Positions 49,801 to 62,751 of a stretch of 64,000 nt of DNA are shown one piece after another. The first letter of the stretch is position 1. Each line of letters begins with the position of its first letter. The position numbers and the translations under genes were made by a program. The DNA is from Takakia lepidozioides (taxonomy: Eukaryota > Plantae > Bryophyta), in the NCBI GenBank assembly GCA_030704615.1, contig CM060732.1, positions 22,258,001-22,322,000 on the forward strand. The letters are read 5' to 3'. The notes below the pieces were generated by a model. It was not told the origin of the DNA and did not search any database. It worked only from the letters and a program-made list of their open reading frames with translations.

Positions 49801-50290
49801 GGTAAGAACCGCCACTGGTATAGGCAATCCTTCCCGTACTCATTGATCCCCCAGAATGTCGTCTTTTGCTTATCCGCCTCCTTGATCGGCAACTGGTGAT
49901 ATCCGGATCGTAAATCCAACGTGCTAAAGACCTTGGAATGCCCAATGGCATCAAAGATCTCCTCTGGTGTCGGCATGGCATACCTATCGGACTTGGTCTG
50001 ACGATTTACAGGCCGGTAATCACCGCACATACGTCTCTCCGTCCAATTGCCATAGACATCTTTCTTGGCTGGCATCACTGTGGCTGAAGCATACTCTCCA
50101 CCAGAGAGCAAACCTGCCTCCCAGAGATCTTGAGTCCTCATCTGAATCAAAGACCTCTCCATGTCACTGTATCTATAGGGTCTCCGAAAGATTGGCGTGT
50201 CAGTGGCCAACTCAATACGGATCTCTTGACCCTTTAGTGCTCCCAAGTCCTTCACACTGAAGGCAAAGCAATTCCTGTAAGCCCTCTCGC
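46850..50290 (-). mobile_element. 5'-truncated Ty3/gypsy LTR retrotransposon: RT-RNaseH-integrase-PHD finger
   Basis: ORF 48132-50255 has RT (RMCGDYRPVN, LDLRSGYHQ, PFGLKNAP, YIDD), RNaseH (TDWS, SYEGECLA, TDHQPL), integrase HHCC and the core. ORF 47292-47945 ends in a C4HC3 PHD. In-frame stops lie between the ORFs. A polypurine tract and TG LTR start are near 47031-47045. The outer LTR end is uncertain, and gag and the 5' LTR are absent. Confidence 0.92.
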
Positions 50291-50466
50291 CTCACTTCTC
50301 GCAGACATAACTTAGGATGAAGCCCTTAGAATGGTAATGTTGAACGGCCCTCCACTGTACATGTACGGTGGACTACTGTATGGAAACTAGCACGGTCAAT
50401 TTGGAGATTCCCTGTTTTATGCAACACGTTATATTTTGGACAAGACTATACTCTTATAGTTTGCAG

Positions 50467-53400
50467 GTGAACATGCAGGTGGAGAGTGTCGACTCCGAAG
50501 ACGAAGACTTTGTGGAAGAACGTAGCCCCCCTGAGGATGATGTGGAAAGACAGATTAGCCCTGTTCCTGTTCGTGGTGGAGAGAATCTAGACCCCGACGT
50601 CGACATCATTTGCATGTTGCAGGAAACATTTGCAGTTGCAGATAATGTGCAAAGCACCATTAATGAGGATGAAGGGCTTGGAGAAGACAAGCGCCATCAG
50701 GATGGACAAAGTCATGGGGATGGGGATGACGGTGCTGCTTTCCAATTTCAGCATCAAGCAACCACACCTCTGTATGTTGGCTGCCCCACCAGCTGCTTGA
50801 GTGCGACGTTGCTTTTGCTCAATGTTAGTGCTACTCATGGTGTCACAAACGCAGCGATGGATGAGCTTCTGAAACTTTTTCACGGACATCTATTGCCTAA
50901 AGGGAACTTTTTGCCCAAATCTCATTACGAAGCGAAGAAACTTATAACAAAAGCTGGGCTTAATTACGATAGCATCCATGCTTGTGAGAAGGGATGTGTG
51001 CTATACAGGGGAGATCTGCAGGATGCACCATCTTGCCCTAAATGTGGGGCGCCTCGGTACATCCCTGGCATGAAGACGTTGGTTCCACAGAAGGTCTTGC
51101 GGCATGTCCCCTTGATTCCCCGGCTGCAGCGCATATACAAGTGCAAGGAGATATCTAAGCTTATGGTGTGGCACATGGAGAACCAAAGTCAAGATGGGAA
51201 GATGAGACACCCGCCTGACAGCCTTGCATGGAAATACATTGACGATACATGGCCTGCTTTTGCAGCTGAACCTCGCAACTTGCGACTAGGTCTGGCATGG
51301 GATGGTATCAATCCCTTTGATGATAAATCAACAAAATGGTCTACGTGGCCAGTCTTGCTCATGAACTACAACCTTCCTCCTTGGCTGAGCACAAAGCCTT
51401 TTTTTATGATGTTGACACTCTTAATTCCAGGGCCGACATCCGTGAAGAAGACCAATGCGGATGTGTTCTTGCAGCCTCTGGTGGATGAGCTGACCGTGTT
51501 GTGGGAAGGTGTTAGGGCTAATGATGCATCTGGCAATGAAGGATCAAGGACCTTTGTCATGAGAGCCATTCTGATGTGGTCAGTACATGACTATCCTGCA
51601 TATGCCATGCTAGCAGGGTGTGCAGTTGGGGGCTACAAGGCTTGTCCCGTGTGCGGGCCCAATCTTGATGCCAGGCACTCCAGTGCACTGAGCAAAATGG
51701 TGTACCAGGGGCACAAAAAATTCTTACAGCAGGCTATCCATATAGATGCAATCGCAACCACTTCAATGGAGCCTCCGATCACAGACCACCCCCCCCCCCC
51801 CCCCAAGTATCCACTGTGGATCAGCTCCAAAATGCGGAGGAAAACGAGAGGTTCATGGAAACATTTGGCAGCCGTCGCCGGAATGTGTGCCCTGCCAAAT
51901 CCCATGGCATGAAGCGAAGGTCGATCCTTTGGAACTTGCCATATTGGAAGGTGGGTATGTCTTCATTGTTTGTTTGTCGGCAGGGCTGATTTCATAGTTG
52001 CATGGATACAGTTGTAAGGATCATCACACACGACTTAGATTTCAGTCAAATGCAAATTGCATGAAGCAAGTTTGGAGTCGCCTATGTATGGCACATGTAG
52101 CAGCAATATGGTTGTTTCCATGAAAATGTCTGGCTTTTGTCTCTCTGGATACTGTCTGCAGTATGCAAGGCTGGTTTCTTCTTTTTCCCATTATTAAGAT
52201 GTCATCTCTTGGCTTTACCATCAAAGTATACCATATTGATGGTGGTTCCATGATTGCAGGATTTGTTGATACGGTATACCCTTGATGTTATGCACTGTGA
52301 AAAAAAACATTTCTGAAAACATATTGCGCACCATATTGGGGGAAAAGGACACAGTAAAGAGCAGGAAGGACATGGAGAATGAGGGCATACGACCTCACTT
52401 ATGGTTAAAACCCCACCCCGGAGATGGCAGGAAGTTGGTGAAGCCGCAGGCTCCTTACGTGTTGAATCGACAAGAAACTACTACCTTCTATGCAACTTTG
52501 GGTGCTCTAAAGACACCGACAGGGTATGGTGCTTCATTTAAGAAGCATATTGCTAAGAACAAGCTTTCACACATGAAGAGTCATGACTACCATCTACTGA
52601 TGCAACAAGTTCTACCTTTGTGCATTCGAGGTTTGCTGGGCAAAGGTCCAAGGCTCGCAATCATGAAGCTATCTCGTGTATTTCGCACATTGTGCATGAA
52701 AACAGTGGATCCCGAGGAACTACCAGCCCTGAAGGAGGATGTGGTTGTAACGCTTTGTTTGTTGGAGAAAGAGTTTCCCCCCTCATTCTTTGATCTCATG
52801 ACCCACCTTGTGCTACGCCTTGTGAATGAATTGGAGGTTTGTGGTCCTGTTAGTTCGCGTTGGATGTACCCCATCGAGAGGTACATGAAAAATTTGAAGG
52901 GATATGTGAAGAGCTATGCCCGGCCAGAAGGTTGCATGGCCAGGAGGTATTCTCTTGATGAGGCTCTTGGCCTCCTCACAGAGTACATGGCTGCATTTCC
53001 AGGAACTCGTAGAAGGGTCTGGGATTGCAACGAAGAAGAAAGTGTTGCGGGAGAAGTATTAGAGGGCTTTGGAACTCCAAAGAAACTGTCGGCTGAGCTT
53101 CGGGCTAGTGCACACGACTATGTGCTTCACAACACGGCGTGCATGAGACCGTTTCTGAGGTAAGTATACATCATTTATTTGGCTTCACATGCTAACTCTG
53201 GGGGCCATTTCCGGACACAAAATTGGCGCATTCTCAATTTTCACTCAGTCTCTTTGTACATACTATGGTCCTGACTAAGTGTGAATTGAGTATGACCAGA
53301 CTTTATGATATTGAGAAGGCCACCATAGAATCAGCCAGAGCCAAATTTCGAGCCACATACACCACCCAAGGGAGAAATGCACACCAACGCACCGTTCCAT

Positions 53401-53510
53401 ACCCTGAAAACATGTTGCCTTTGCCTGCTTTTCATATGTGGATACAGTCGGCAGTACAAAATGTTGTTTCAAGAGGAGCAGCGTATGATGCAAATATTCG
53501 GCGTGGTACA
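50467..53510 (+). mobile_element. CACTA (En/Spm) transposase gene, Transposase_21 plus DUF4218-like regions, disrupted
   Basis: IHACEKGCVLY..CPKC, LAWDGINPF, YNLPPW, LQPLVDEL, HDYPAY, intron 51951-52259, LDVMHCEK, MKSHDYH, FPPSFFDLMTHL, WMYPIERYM. Frameshifts near 51730-51800 and 52300. No CACTA termini assigned. Confidence 0.9.
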
Positions 53511-56466
53511 TGATGTCACTGGTGTCAGCTTGGGTGAGGATGAGTCATGCGTAAGGATGCAAGTGGCGGAGGCATTGGAGGATGTGAATCCCAACACAGA
53601 ATTTGGACCTTCAACGACCCTTACCGAAGTTGAGATGGCTACTATTGCTATGATGAGGCCCCCATGAAGGGACGAACCATGGCACCGAGATAGTGAGGAT
53701 TGCAACACTGACCATGAGTGTAGTGAAAGTAGTAGCGATGAAGATGACTACATCTGGTAAAAAGACAATAGCGTCATGTTGACATTTTAACTGACACACT
53801 GAGTGACATTTTCAGTTCCAAATCACTAGACACCCTGTGCTTCAGCCACTGGCATGGTAAAATGACATATGCATTATATGACATTTTGAGTGGCACACTG
53901 AGGTGCATTTTGAGTCCCAAATCAGCGGACATCCTGTGCTGCAGCATCCACTTGTTGCGGTTATTTTCCCTGTGAATGTAGCAGCGAGGAAGATGATTCC
54001 TGGTAAAAGGGCAATAGCGTCATGTTGGCATTTTGGGTTGCTTCAGTTGTTACTCCACCTCTCTTCTATCTCCCCCCCTGCCCACATCCATGCCTTACTT
54101 ACTCTCTAGCTACGAACTGAATTTTGATGCCTCTGCTCCTCCATCCCCCTCTCTATTTTCCCTGTGTTCAGATTGTGGGGGTTGGGTGCAATGTGTTGGG
54201 GATGTACTTCTTTATAATGTTTGTTCTGGTTTGGTGCAGTCGGGGGACAATCTGCACAACAAGTCACATGTTGGATCTGATGGGCATTGCAACTGTGGAT
54301 GTTGATTCACATGTCTTCCCCACTAATGGGACCCCTCTGTTCATGCTTGGGATTTGGCAAGTTCGTAAACCCCACTTTTTTGACTGTGTGCTTGCAGGTC
54401 ACATGGGCAGAGCCATGCATGGGGCAGAGCCATTCAGTCGGCTACAGGTTCAATTCCTCCGCACATGACAGTATGTGGCCCTATTTATGATGGCTTTGAC
54501 TTACTCATAGAGAAGGCTCGTTCCACGGTTACTCTATTTTTTGGCTTGTTTAAAAACCCTCACTGTGACAGGGATGAGGCTTCTATCATTGCTCAATTTA
54601 GAGGCGATGTGATGGTGGAGGAGAATGTTCATGAATCACAAGAAGGTATGTGGCACCTCGGAACCCATGAATTCAGAATCATGGAGATTCCAGATTCATA
54701 TATAGCCAAAGTTGATCTTTTGCTTTGTGATTTCTCTCTGTTTCTCATGTTTGTGAGATTCGGTGCTTCATCCCTCTGCATGTACCACTCCGTTTTGTCA
54801 TGATTGCGAGTTGGAATTGTAGAGATGACCTTTCTTTGAAAAACATACATACTTTGTATGGGGGGCTTGAGGTGAGCAATCCAAAGACCATTATGTGTTA
54901 CACACACCAATTACCAGTCCACATTATGGGTGTGTACTTTGCATGGATTTGCAACCCCCCACATTATTTGGTCCTTCCGAAAATAAAACTCTTTCTTGCT
55001 AGAGCTGGAAGCTCATGGGCACTATGCCTTCAACCATCCAGATGTGCTGTTATTTGTTCTGAATGTGGACATCACCACATGTGCACTTGTAATTTTACCG
55101 CCCATTACCAAGTTGTTGCACCACACATGAAACAAAAGTATTACAGATTCATAGAATCTACATTGCGGTGTATGTCAATGACACTATGTATATCCTCGCT
55201 CACCTCGATCCATGATCACCATGACATCGTGCTCATCCGAGAGGGCATGGAAGGCCAGTCAATGTGTACCACAGGGAGTAATCGTGTGGAGCAACGGGTA
55301 CTTCTTGCCAACAGATCGGAGCCTCTTATTGCAATTTGCAAGGCACCAAAAGTAGGCCACAGGCTCCTTCTTGTGTATGTTCCCATTTCTTGTGTTTTTT
55401 GTTAATTGTATGTTCCCATTTCACACAGGTGTGTAACATGCCATGTAAACTAAGCCAACCTTTGTCACGCTCATGGCTGTTTTCACACCGTTCTTGCCTG
55501 GGGTGTGGACCACATGTGAGACACCCCACAGTTAGGGCATATTTAGACCCACACCTTAGCTTAGTATACAGACCCGTGATAAAAGCCGTGGAATGTGCCA
55601 GGTGTGAGATGGCAGAGCCGTGGAAAAAACCGTTTTTTCTTCTAGTGTCTGTTCTTACATTAATAAGACATCTCCTAAGTGAAGCGACAAACACCCAAAT
55701 GATTTCTCACTTTCTGACTGGACTCTCAAAATGCATTCTAATTCTTGTCATTTAAACCACAAGACATTATCTAACACTCTCGATGTTAAATAAAATCTTG
55801 TGGTTAACTTGATATGTAGGAAAATGCAAATATCTGAAGTATGTCCCATAATGTGTGAGCTATGTCAATGCTTGTCATGATGGGTTGATTCGTACATTTG
55901 GAATATAGATGTGTTGTAGTATGACTTCTTCGTTTCAGTCTTATTCTAAATATAAATAAAAACGACTCCCAGCTAGATAATCCTCAATGTTCTCAATGTC
56001 CTTTAATAGTCCTTCCGGTAGACTTCTCCCAGTGGGATAATTAGTTCATCTGTTCCTCAACTCAATAACGCGCGATCGCGCGTGGTTCTGAAGTTCCAAC
56101 ACCTCAGAAGAATTTTCTTGGGATCACACATGTCTTGATACTCTTCTATGACAGAAAGAACAGAGTCATGGATAGTGATTTTGTTCGCCATGCTTAGTAA
56201 CCTCGTTGTTGCTTATAATCGGATTATACGTTATTGGAGGGAAAACTCACTACAACACACCCTATGTAATTTCGACGATTTAGTTTGAGGGTGGCGTTGA
56301 CTGTTGTCACTTTCGACTGTTCCAACCATTTTGCAGTCAAAATTTATATTAAAATATTCTAAGTGTTAGACAATACGAAAATTTTGACTGTAGTGAGAGA
56401 CTTTGACTATCTAAAATGAGCTGACTGAGACAACCACTTAAACAATGGCACGTGTAATCACAATAT

Positions 56467-56510
<44 letters not shown>

Positions 56511-57077
56511 GATAATTAGAAGTAAAAACATTTAACTATTTTCTTACTAACCCCTCGCATTAATATTAAACTAATCGTGTGCTGGTTAATGTCAGTGAAA
56601 CAAAACAACTGAATTATGTGAACGAATGATAAACAAAATGCCTTGCTGGCAGATATTGGATGAATGTATCAAACATAATTTTTGCGCATTGGATGAACGT
56701 ATGAATGAATGATAAAGCAACTATTGGATGAATGTATGAACGCATAGATTGATGGAAAACCCAAAATCCAGCTATCTCTAATACATTCATCCATCAAGAG
56801 ATGTACCTATCACGTGCGTGAACAAAAGGGGGTTAATTTAATACCCCCACATACAAACTATGTATATATTAAGAGGCTGGAAAATTTACAAAAGTATATA
56901 TACATACTTTTAGGGGGAAAATTTAAATGGGTATATGTAGCTTACTGGTAAGGGTTCTTCCTCCCCGCCGTGCCGACGCAGATACAAGTTCCTTGTTGTT
57001 TTTTTTTCCCTTCACAAAAACTAAGCCCCACTAAGCCCCACTAAGCCCTATCGCTGTTGCGCGCACTATGTCCTCGT

Positions 57078-57440
57078 GTTGGTCTTAGCACAATCTCTGC
57101 TCGCTCAGCTGCACTGTGGTGGTTCTCGAGGAGCGGATTTCTTAGCAGGTCATGTTTCAATCTCTGCTCGCTCAGCTGCACCGTGGTGGTTCTCATGGAC
57201 CAATCCGCTCCTCGCCAGGTTGGTCTTAGCAGGTCGTGCTTCAATCTCTGCTCGCTCAGCTGCACCGTGGTGGTTGTCGAGGAGCGGATTTCTTAGCAGG
57301 TCGTGTTTCAATCTCTGTTTGCTCAGCTGCACCGTGGTGGTTCTCATGGACCAATCCGCTCCTCGCCAGGTTGGTCTTAGCAGGTCGTGTTTCAATCTCT
57401 GCTCGCTCAGCTGCACCGTGGTGGTTCTCATGGACCAATC
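57078..57440. repeat. Tandem array (about 5 units) CTTAGCAGGTCGTGTTTCAATCTCTGCTCGCTCAGCTGCACCGTGGTGGTT, with a dispersed copy plus flank at 58748-58885
   Basis: Directly visible alternating long and short units. 57370-57510 is re-used at 58748-58885. Confidence 0.9.
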
Positions 57441-57691
57441 CGACATTACCGGACTACAGACACAAGCAGCACACACAAGAGGTCCGTTTGGGTTCATGGT
57501 CAGTCAAATCCTCCATGGGTCATGACACAAGGACGAGGACAATGTGGTGAGGGCACGTTCTTCTTTGACCTATTTTCAGCCAGTTTTGCCTTCTCATCAA
57601 TCAGGTCAGGCTAAAACTTTTGGTAGTGACGATGTCTTTTGGAATGAAACGGACACCTGATGCTATGCACGGGGGACTATCGTTGTGGGCA

Positions 57692-58185
57692 CAGTTGAAG
57701 GAGCTAAAGGCAGAGCTTGCTCTTCTGAGAGTGGCGAAGGTGACGGGTGGCGCACCAAATAAGCTGTCCAAAATGTATGGCCAGTTAGGGTTTTGTACTT
57801 CACGTGTCCCCTGTAATGATGCATGCCCCATCTTGAGTCTGCAGATGTAGGTATTGTGTCCTTGGAATTGTGACTATATTAGCAGTCATGAGCAAGTAGT
57901 ACCCCTTCGGGAGAAATGGGCTCTTAGTCCTGGTAACTCATCCATGGCTGGATCTCACTTCCTTGATTTGCCCAGCACTTTTCAGTTAATGCTTCATTGT
58001 TTTGCAGCAGTAGTTTTCCATGTGATGGCAGTTGTTTTCCAAAGGCCCTGCTGAGCATGTAATATATCTTATTTCACGTCATAACGAAGAATGGGTTGAG
58101 ATGGTTGCAGGCTTCTTTGAAAACAGAGAAACAGAAGAAGAAAGAGGCGTATTTCCCCTTGCGAAAATATGTTGTGAAAGTGTAG
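57692..58185 (+). pseudogene. RPL35: 60S ribosomal protein L35 (uL29) gene fragments
   Basis: 57692-57774 encodes [27 protein letters not shown](I) followed by a GT donor. 58111-58185 follows an AG acceptor and encodes ASLKTEKQKKKEAYFPLRKYVVKV*. The N-terminus and the middle exon are not found. Confidence 0.85.
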
Positions 58186-58884
58186 ATTTCACATATCAGA
58201 GTAGTCAATTTTGGTGAGTCACACTGATGGGGTCATTCTCTTTGGTTATACTGGTGGCTGGAAAACTTTTTATGTGTTACCAAATGTTTCTTAGCAAAGT
58301 CACATGCACCATGAAGTCAGTGTTTGGCTTTCAAGCTTATTGTACCTTGGCTAACCCTGGAATGGAGTTTTCTCTTTTGGTATCTCTCCCTTAAAAGTTA
58401 TGTATGAACTATGAACGAACAGTGTGGTCTTGAAATCATTGGGAAATCATTCTGGAAATCTTTAACCACATCTAGTTAACTCCTCCATATGTTATTGACC
58501 TTCGACTTCAAATATCTGTGCCTCCAAATAAAATGTGACCTGCTTCTCTGACTGTTTTTGTTCCCTGAATTTGCAGCACGGAGCAAACGATGGTGGAACA
58601 ATCGCAATCGCAAGGTGTGGCTTTTTCTTAATGTAGGATGTGAAGAAATTTGTCCATCCTGCAAATGTGGGCTTTTGGCTCCTGTTAGTACCATGATTTG
58701 GTATTCTTCGGACTTCCTGATGTTTACAAGGTTCTTGGGAGAGTCAGCTTGGTCTTAGCAGGCCGTGTTTCAATCTCTGCTCGCTCAGCTGCTCCTTGGT
58801 GGTTCTCATGGACAAATCTGACATTACCTAACTACAGACACAAACAGCACACATAAGACGTCCTTTTGGGTTGATGGTCGGTCA

Positions 58885-60610
58885 GATTACCAGATGTCAT
58901 TCTGAACACTACCCCTGCCCTGGTGGCCAAATGTGGGTGCATCGAGGATGCCAAGGCAGTGTTCAACGCTATGGCTGAATGAGATGTGGTGTCGTAGAAC
59001 ACAATGCTTACAGGGTGTGCAAAGCAAGGGTGTCGGATGGGGCTTTGGAGACCTGAAAGCAAATGATGGGGGAAGGGGTGAAGCTCGACCACATCATGTT
59101 TGTGTGCGTGCAGTGCATGTGCAAGCCTGGCAGCCCTAGAAAAGGGCAAAGAGGTGCATGGTTGCATCACCAAAGCTGGAAATGTACCAGATGGATCAAT
59201 AGCTACAAGAAACCTGCATGGATAAATGGTCAACTAGAAGCCGCAGCAGCAGCGGCACAATGATATACTCAAGCACTGCTAATGAAGGCACCTTCTTCAA
59301 CACATTTCACCCTGTTTTTCCCTCTTATCAGAATCGGCCCTAAATTTTCATGTTGAATTCTGCAAGTTAGCTGGTTGAGTGAGCCTTTGATAGTTTGGAG
59401 CGACTTTGACATGGTACTGCCAATGTGACAACAAGGAAGTATCAGGTAACAGCTGAGACGAGGAGAAGCTGTAGAATTAATACTTTTCTGACCCCAGTCA
59501 ATGGTGGGACAATCGAGGAAAAAAGGTGAATGCCTGTTGGATTACAGAGACTAGTAGATGCAATTGACCATCGTGAACTAATGTGATTAGTTGAGTTGGG
59601 TGTTTCCTAGAACAAATCTAGGCTGTCATTGTCAGGTGCTAGCAGCAAGGCAAGGATGCCAAGCATGTGAAGATGCTTTGTGAGGCAGGCAGACTGACAG
59701 AGGCTCTACAGACTTTAAACCAACGAGGCATTTCAGCATATTCAGACACGTATGTCTGTCTCTTGCGTAAGTGCATCAAGATGAAAGGTCTGGAAGCTGG
59801 AAACAGGTGCACACTCACATTATCCAAAGTGGATTCGTACCAAATGTTTTTCTACTCAACACCCTTGCCAACATGTATGTTAAGTGTGGGAGCGTCATGG
59901 ATGCTCACCAAGTTTTCCACAAAGTGCCTCAACAATCTTTGATCACGTGGAATATAATGTTGGCAGGATTTACCAAGGATAGGTGTGGCAGGAATGCTTT
60001 GGAGACCTATGAGCAACTGCTGCGCGAAGGGTGAAGCCCAACCACATCACGTTTGTTTGTGTTTGCAATGCGTGTGCAAGCCTGGGAACTCTGGAAAAGG
60101 GGAAAGAGGTCCATGGTGACAACGTCAAAGCTGGATTGTACCAGATGTCATTCTGAACACTGCCATGGTGGACATGTATGCCAAATGTGGGTGCTGCAAG
60201 CCTGATGCGAAGGGAGAGTTCGACAATATGGCTGAACGAGATGTGGTGTTTTGGAGTGCCATGATTGCAAGGTATGTGCAGCATGGGTATGGGATTAAGG
60301 CTTTGGAAACATAAGAGCAAATGATGTGGGAAGGGATGAAGCCAGACCAGGTCATATTCATTTGTGTTTGTAATATGCGTATGCGAGCCTAGCAGCCCTG
60401 GGAAGGGGCAAAGAGGTTCATGGTGACATTATCAAAGCTGGAATTGTACTAGATGTCATTCTGAACATTCCTTTGGTGTACATCTATGGCAAATGTGAGC
60501 CTGGCAGCCCTAAAAAGGGCACAAAGGTCCATGGTGACATCGTCAAAGCTGGAATTGTATCACTAGATGTCACTCTAAACACTGCCTTGGTGGATATGTA
60601 TGTGAAGGCA
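58885..60610 (+). pseudogene. Decayed PLS-class PPR fragments
   Basis: Frameshifted, stop-containing motifs at 58885-59190 and 59660-60610 (LCEAGRLTEAL, YVCLLRKC, NTLANMYVKCGSVMDAHQVF, GKEVHGDIIKAG). Confidence 0.85.
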
Positions 60611-61149
60611 ACCCTGGATCAAGTGGATGTCACTTTGGGTGACATGGTAGCTGGCACCACCATTCTCAAGAACTACAAGTTCCTGAATTCATTCTCGAAA
60701 TGATTTCTTTTGTTCTCTTGACATGTCTACGATAGTGCTTTACCTAGCTGCACATCAGATTTTCCTTCCTCAATGACTTCACTTGGGCAGTGATCTATGC
60801 ATATGGCAACATGGCCCTCATGTTGGTCATCTGTAGAATGTGGCCAAAACTTGTTTTAAAAACACTCTTGATATAAACCAGTTTTGAGCCATCCAAATGC
60901 TTTTGGTTCCTGCCATATATTTGTATTCTATGTTTTGCTATATTTGTAATATATTTTCAATGCAGTGCAGCGAATCAATAAATTTAAATACAAAACCCAC
61001 TAATTTATATTTATATAGATATAAAATGAAAAATAAATAAAAATGAATAAATAAAAACAAAATAACGGTAATAAACAAAAACAATAAAACCTAACATTAA
61101 ACAAAAAGCCTCCCCAATTCATATATATATTTTATATTTATGTATATAT

Positions 61150-61300
61150 ATACTAGGTACACGTCATGCATCCACGTCATACTGCAGTAGAACTATTTTA
61201 GTACATGTCATGCATCCATGTCATAATGCAGTTAAACTACTTTACTACACGTCATAGCCACGTCATACTGTGGTACAATCACTTTACTACACGTCACCCC
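61150..61300. repeat. Array of (TAC)ACGTCAT motifs next to a TA microsatellite, probable element terminus
   Basis: TACACGTCATGCATCCACGTCATACTGCAG-type unit repeated about 3.5 times. Confidence 0.7.
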
Positions 61301-61549
61301 CTAGGTTATACTGTCACATTTCACTGTCAGAACCTGGCATCTGGATTCGACTGCTTGACTGAAACGACTTGACCTTTGTCACGCATGTTCGACCATGGAG
61401 GCTGGGAGTAAAAATGTCGCAAACGACTAAAAAATGAGTGACTGTGGACCAAATCCGCGTGATTAGGCGTTCTGCGGGTGTCTCATTCTGTACAGTCTGT
61501 AACTGAGCACGAGTTCTTGATGATTCTTCCAATGTGGTGGATTCGTGTT

Positions 61550-62300
61550 CGATGAAGGAGGAGAAGGAGATGGAACATACCGGACACATGGCAACGCTTT
61601 CACCCTCCTCACAAGGTGAATGCGGAGCTGCGGTTATTATGATGGGACCTTCCGAAGGACTTCAAGTTTATCATCGATCATCTCCAGTTTCTACAATTTC
61701 ATCCACAGAGGACAGCTACCCTCCTGAATCAGACGATCAGGACAATTATTCACCAATAGTATATTTTTGCGACGTTCCTCCCGGGTCAGCAGTTTGAGTT
61801 CTTTTCTAGAACAATACTGTGGAGGGTCTTCCGGAGATCCTGTAGCTAAAGTATCGGCGGAATCAAATGATTTATGCGCAATGTACCCTGCGTATACACC
61901 GGATTCCCCAGAGTATACACCCGGATCCCCGGAGTATACTCCCGTATCCCCAAAGTACACTCCGGAATCTCCAGAGTACACTCCCTCATCACCAAAATAT
62001 ACACCCTCATCGCCGGGGTACTCCGGGATCCCTAGAGTACTCACCAATAGGATACTTTAGCCACCTCAGACCCGGGTCGGCTGCATTAGCCTCATTTTTT
62101 GCACAATTCACACCTACGTCAACTATAAGTTCCGACCATTCAGAATCATCAGAAATGTAAAGATTCTGCACAGGCACACCAGAGTATACTTCCAGCAGTT
62201 CAGAATCTCCATGTGGTTCCACCGAATACCCACAATAATCAGTAGGATAACTATCAGGGTACCCGAGAAGCTTTCAAGAGATTCACAGGGGGTGTGTTGA
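61550..62300 (+). pseudogene. Decayed Ser/Pro-rich ORF containing six YTPxSPx heptads
   Basis: 61893-62018 encodes [42 protein letters not shown]. The flanking frames contain further YSP/YT words and are interrupted by frameshifts and stops. Confidence 0.55.
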
Positions 62301-62751
62301 ATCACCATGATATAGTCCTTCATCTCAGTTTTAGGCAAGCATGATAGAGTCCCTGCAGCTCAGTTTTAGGCAAGCATCTAGGACAGTACACTATACGCCC
62401 CAACGATGACTCCGTGTTTCGTTCTTCACTGTTGAATAATCAAGTATTCTTGAGTTTTTTTGAAACCATTAAATGATCTGCAGCTTTTGAGATTTCCAGC
62501 TGAATTTGCACTTTGATTTTATTCCATTCCATTTATTCCATGTTGCAGTCACAATTGAATGTCACTTATTCCATCTTAATTGTAAGTTAGTTTTTTTCAA
62601 TTCCATTTATTCCAAGTGGGATTAAAATTTGTATGTTGGCCTGATATCCGTTACATTATGTTTTGTTTCAAATTTCGGCCTTCCTCTCAATCCTGAAATA
62701 ATGCCATGAGATATCTAATCCCGATAACATAATGCTGTGTTTCATGTTCAG

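Noticed and set aside
56248-56395. CACTACA...TGTAGTG as a mini-CACTA or the end of the CACTA element
   Set aside because: Only a 7-bp inverted match, and the flanking 3-mers (ACT versus AGA) are not a TSD. It cannot be tied to the 50-53 kb transposase.
57021-57050. CTAAGCCCCA x3 as an interstitial telomere or telo-box
   Set aside because: The 10-bp unit does not match TTTAGGG or TTAGGG repeats and is too short to support a function.
61140-61200. CTAG next to (TA)n as a Helitron 3' end
   Set aside because: There is no convincing GC-rich subterminal hairpin and no Rep/helicase sequence in the window.
61893-62024. Heptads as the true RPB1 CTD
   Set aside because: Only six repeats, T at position 2, no polymerase domains upstream, and a disrupted surrounding frame.
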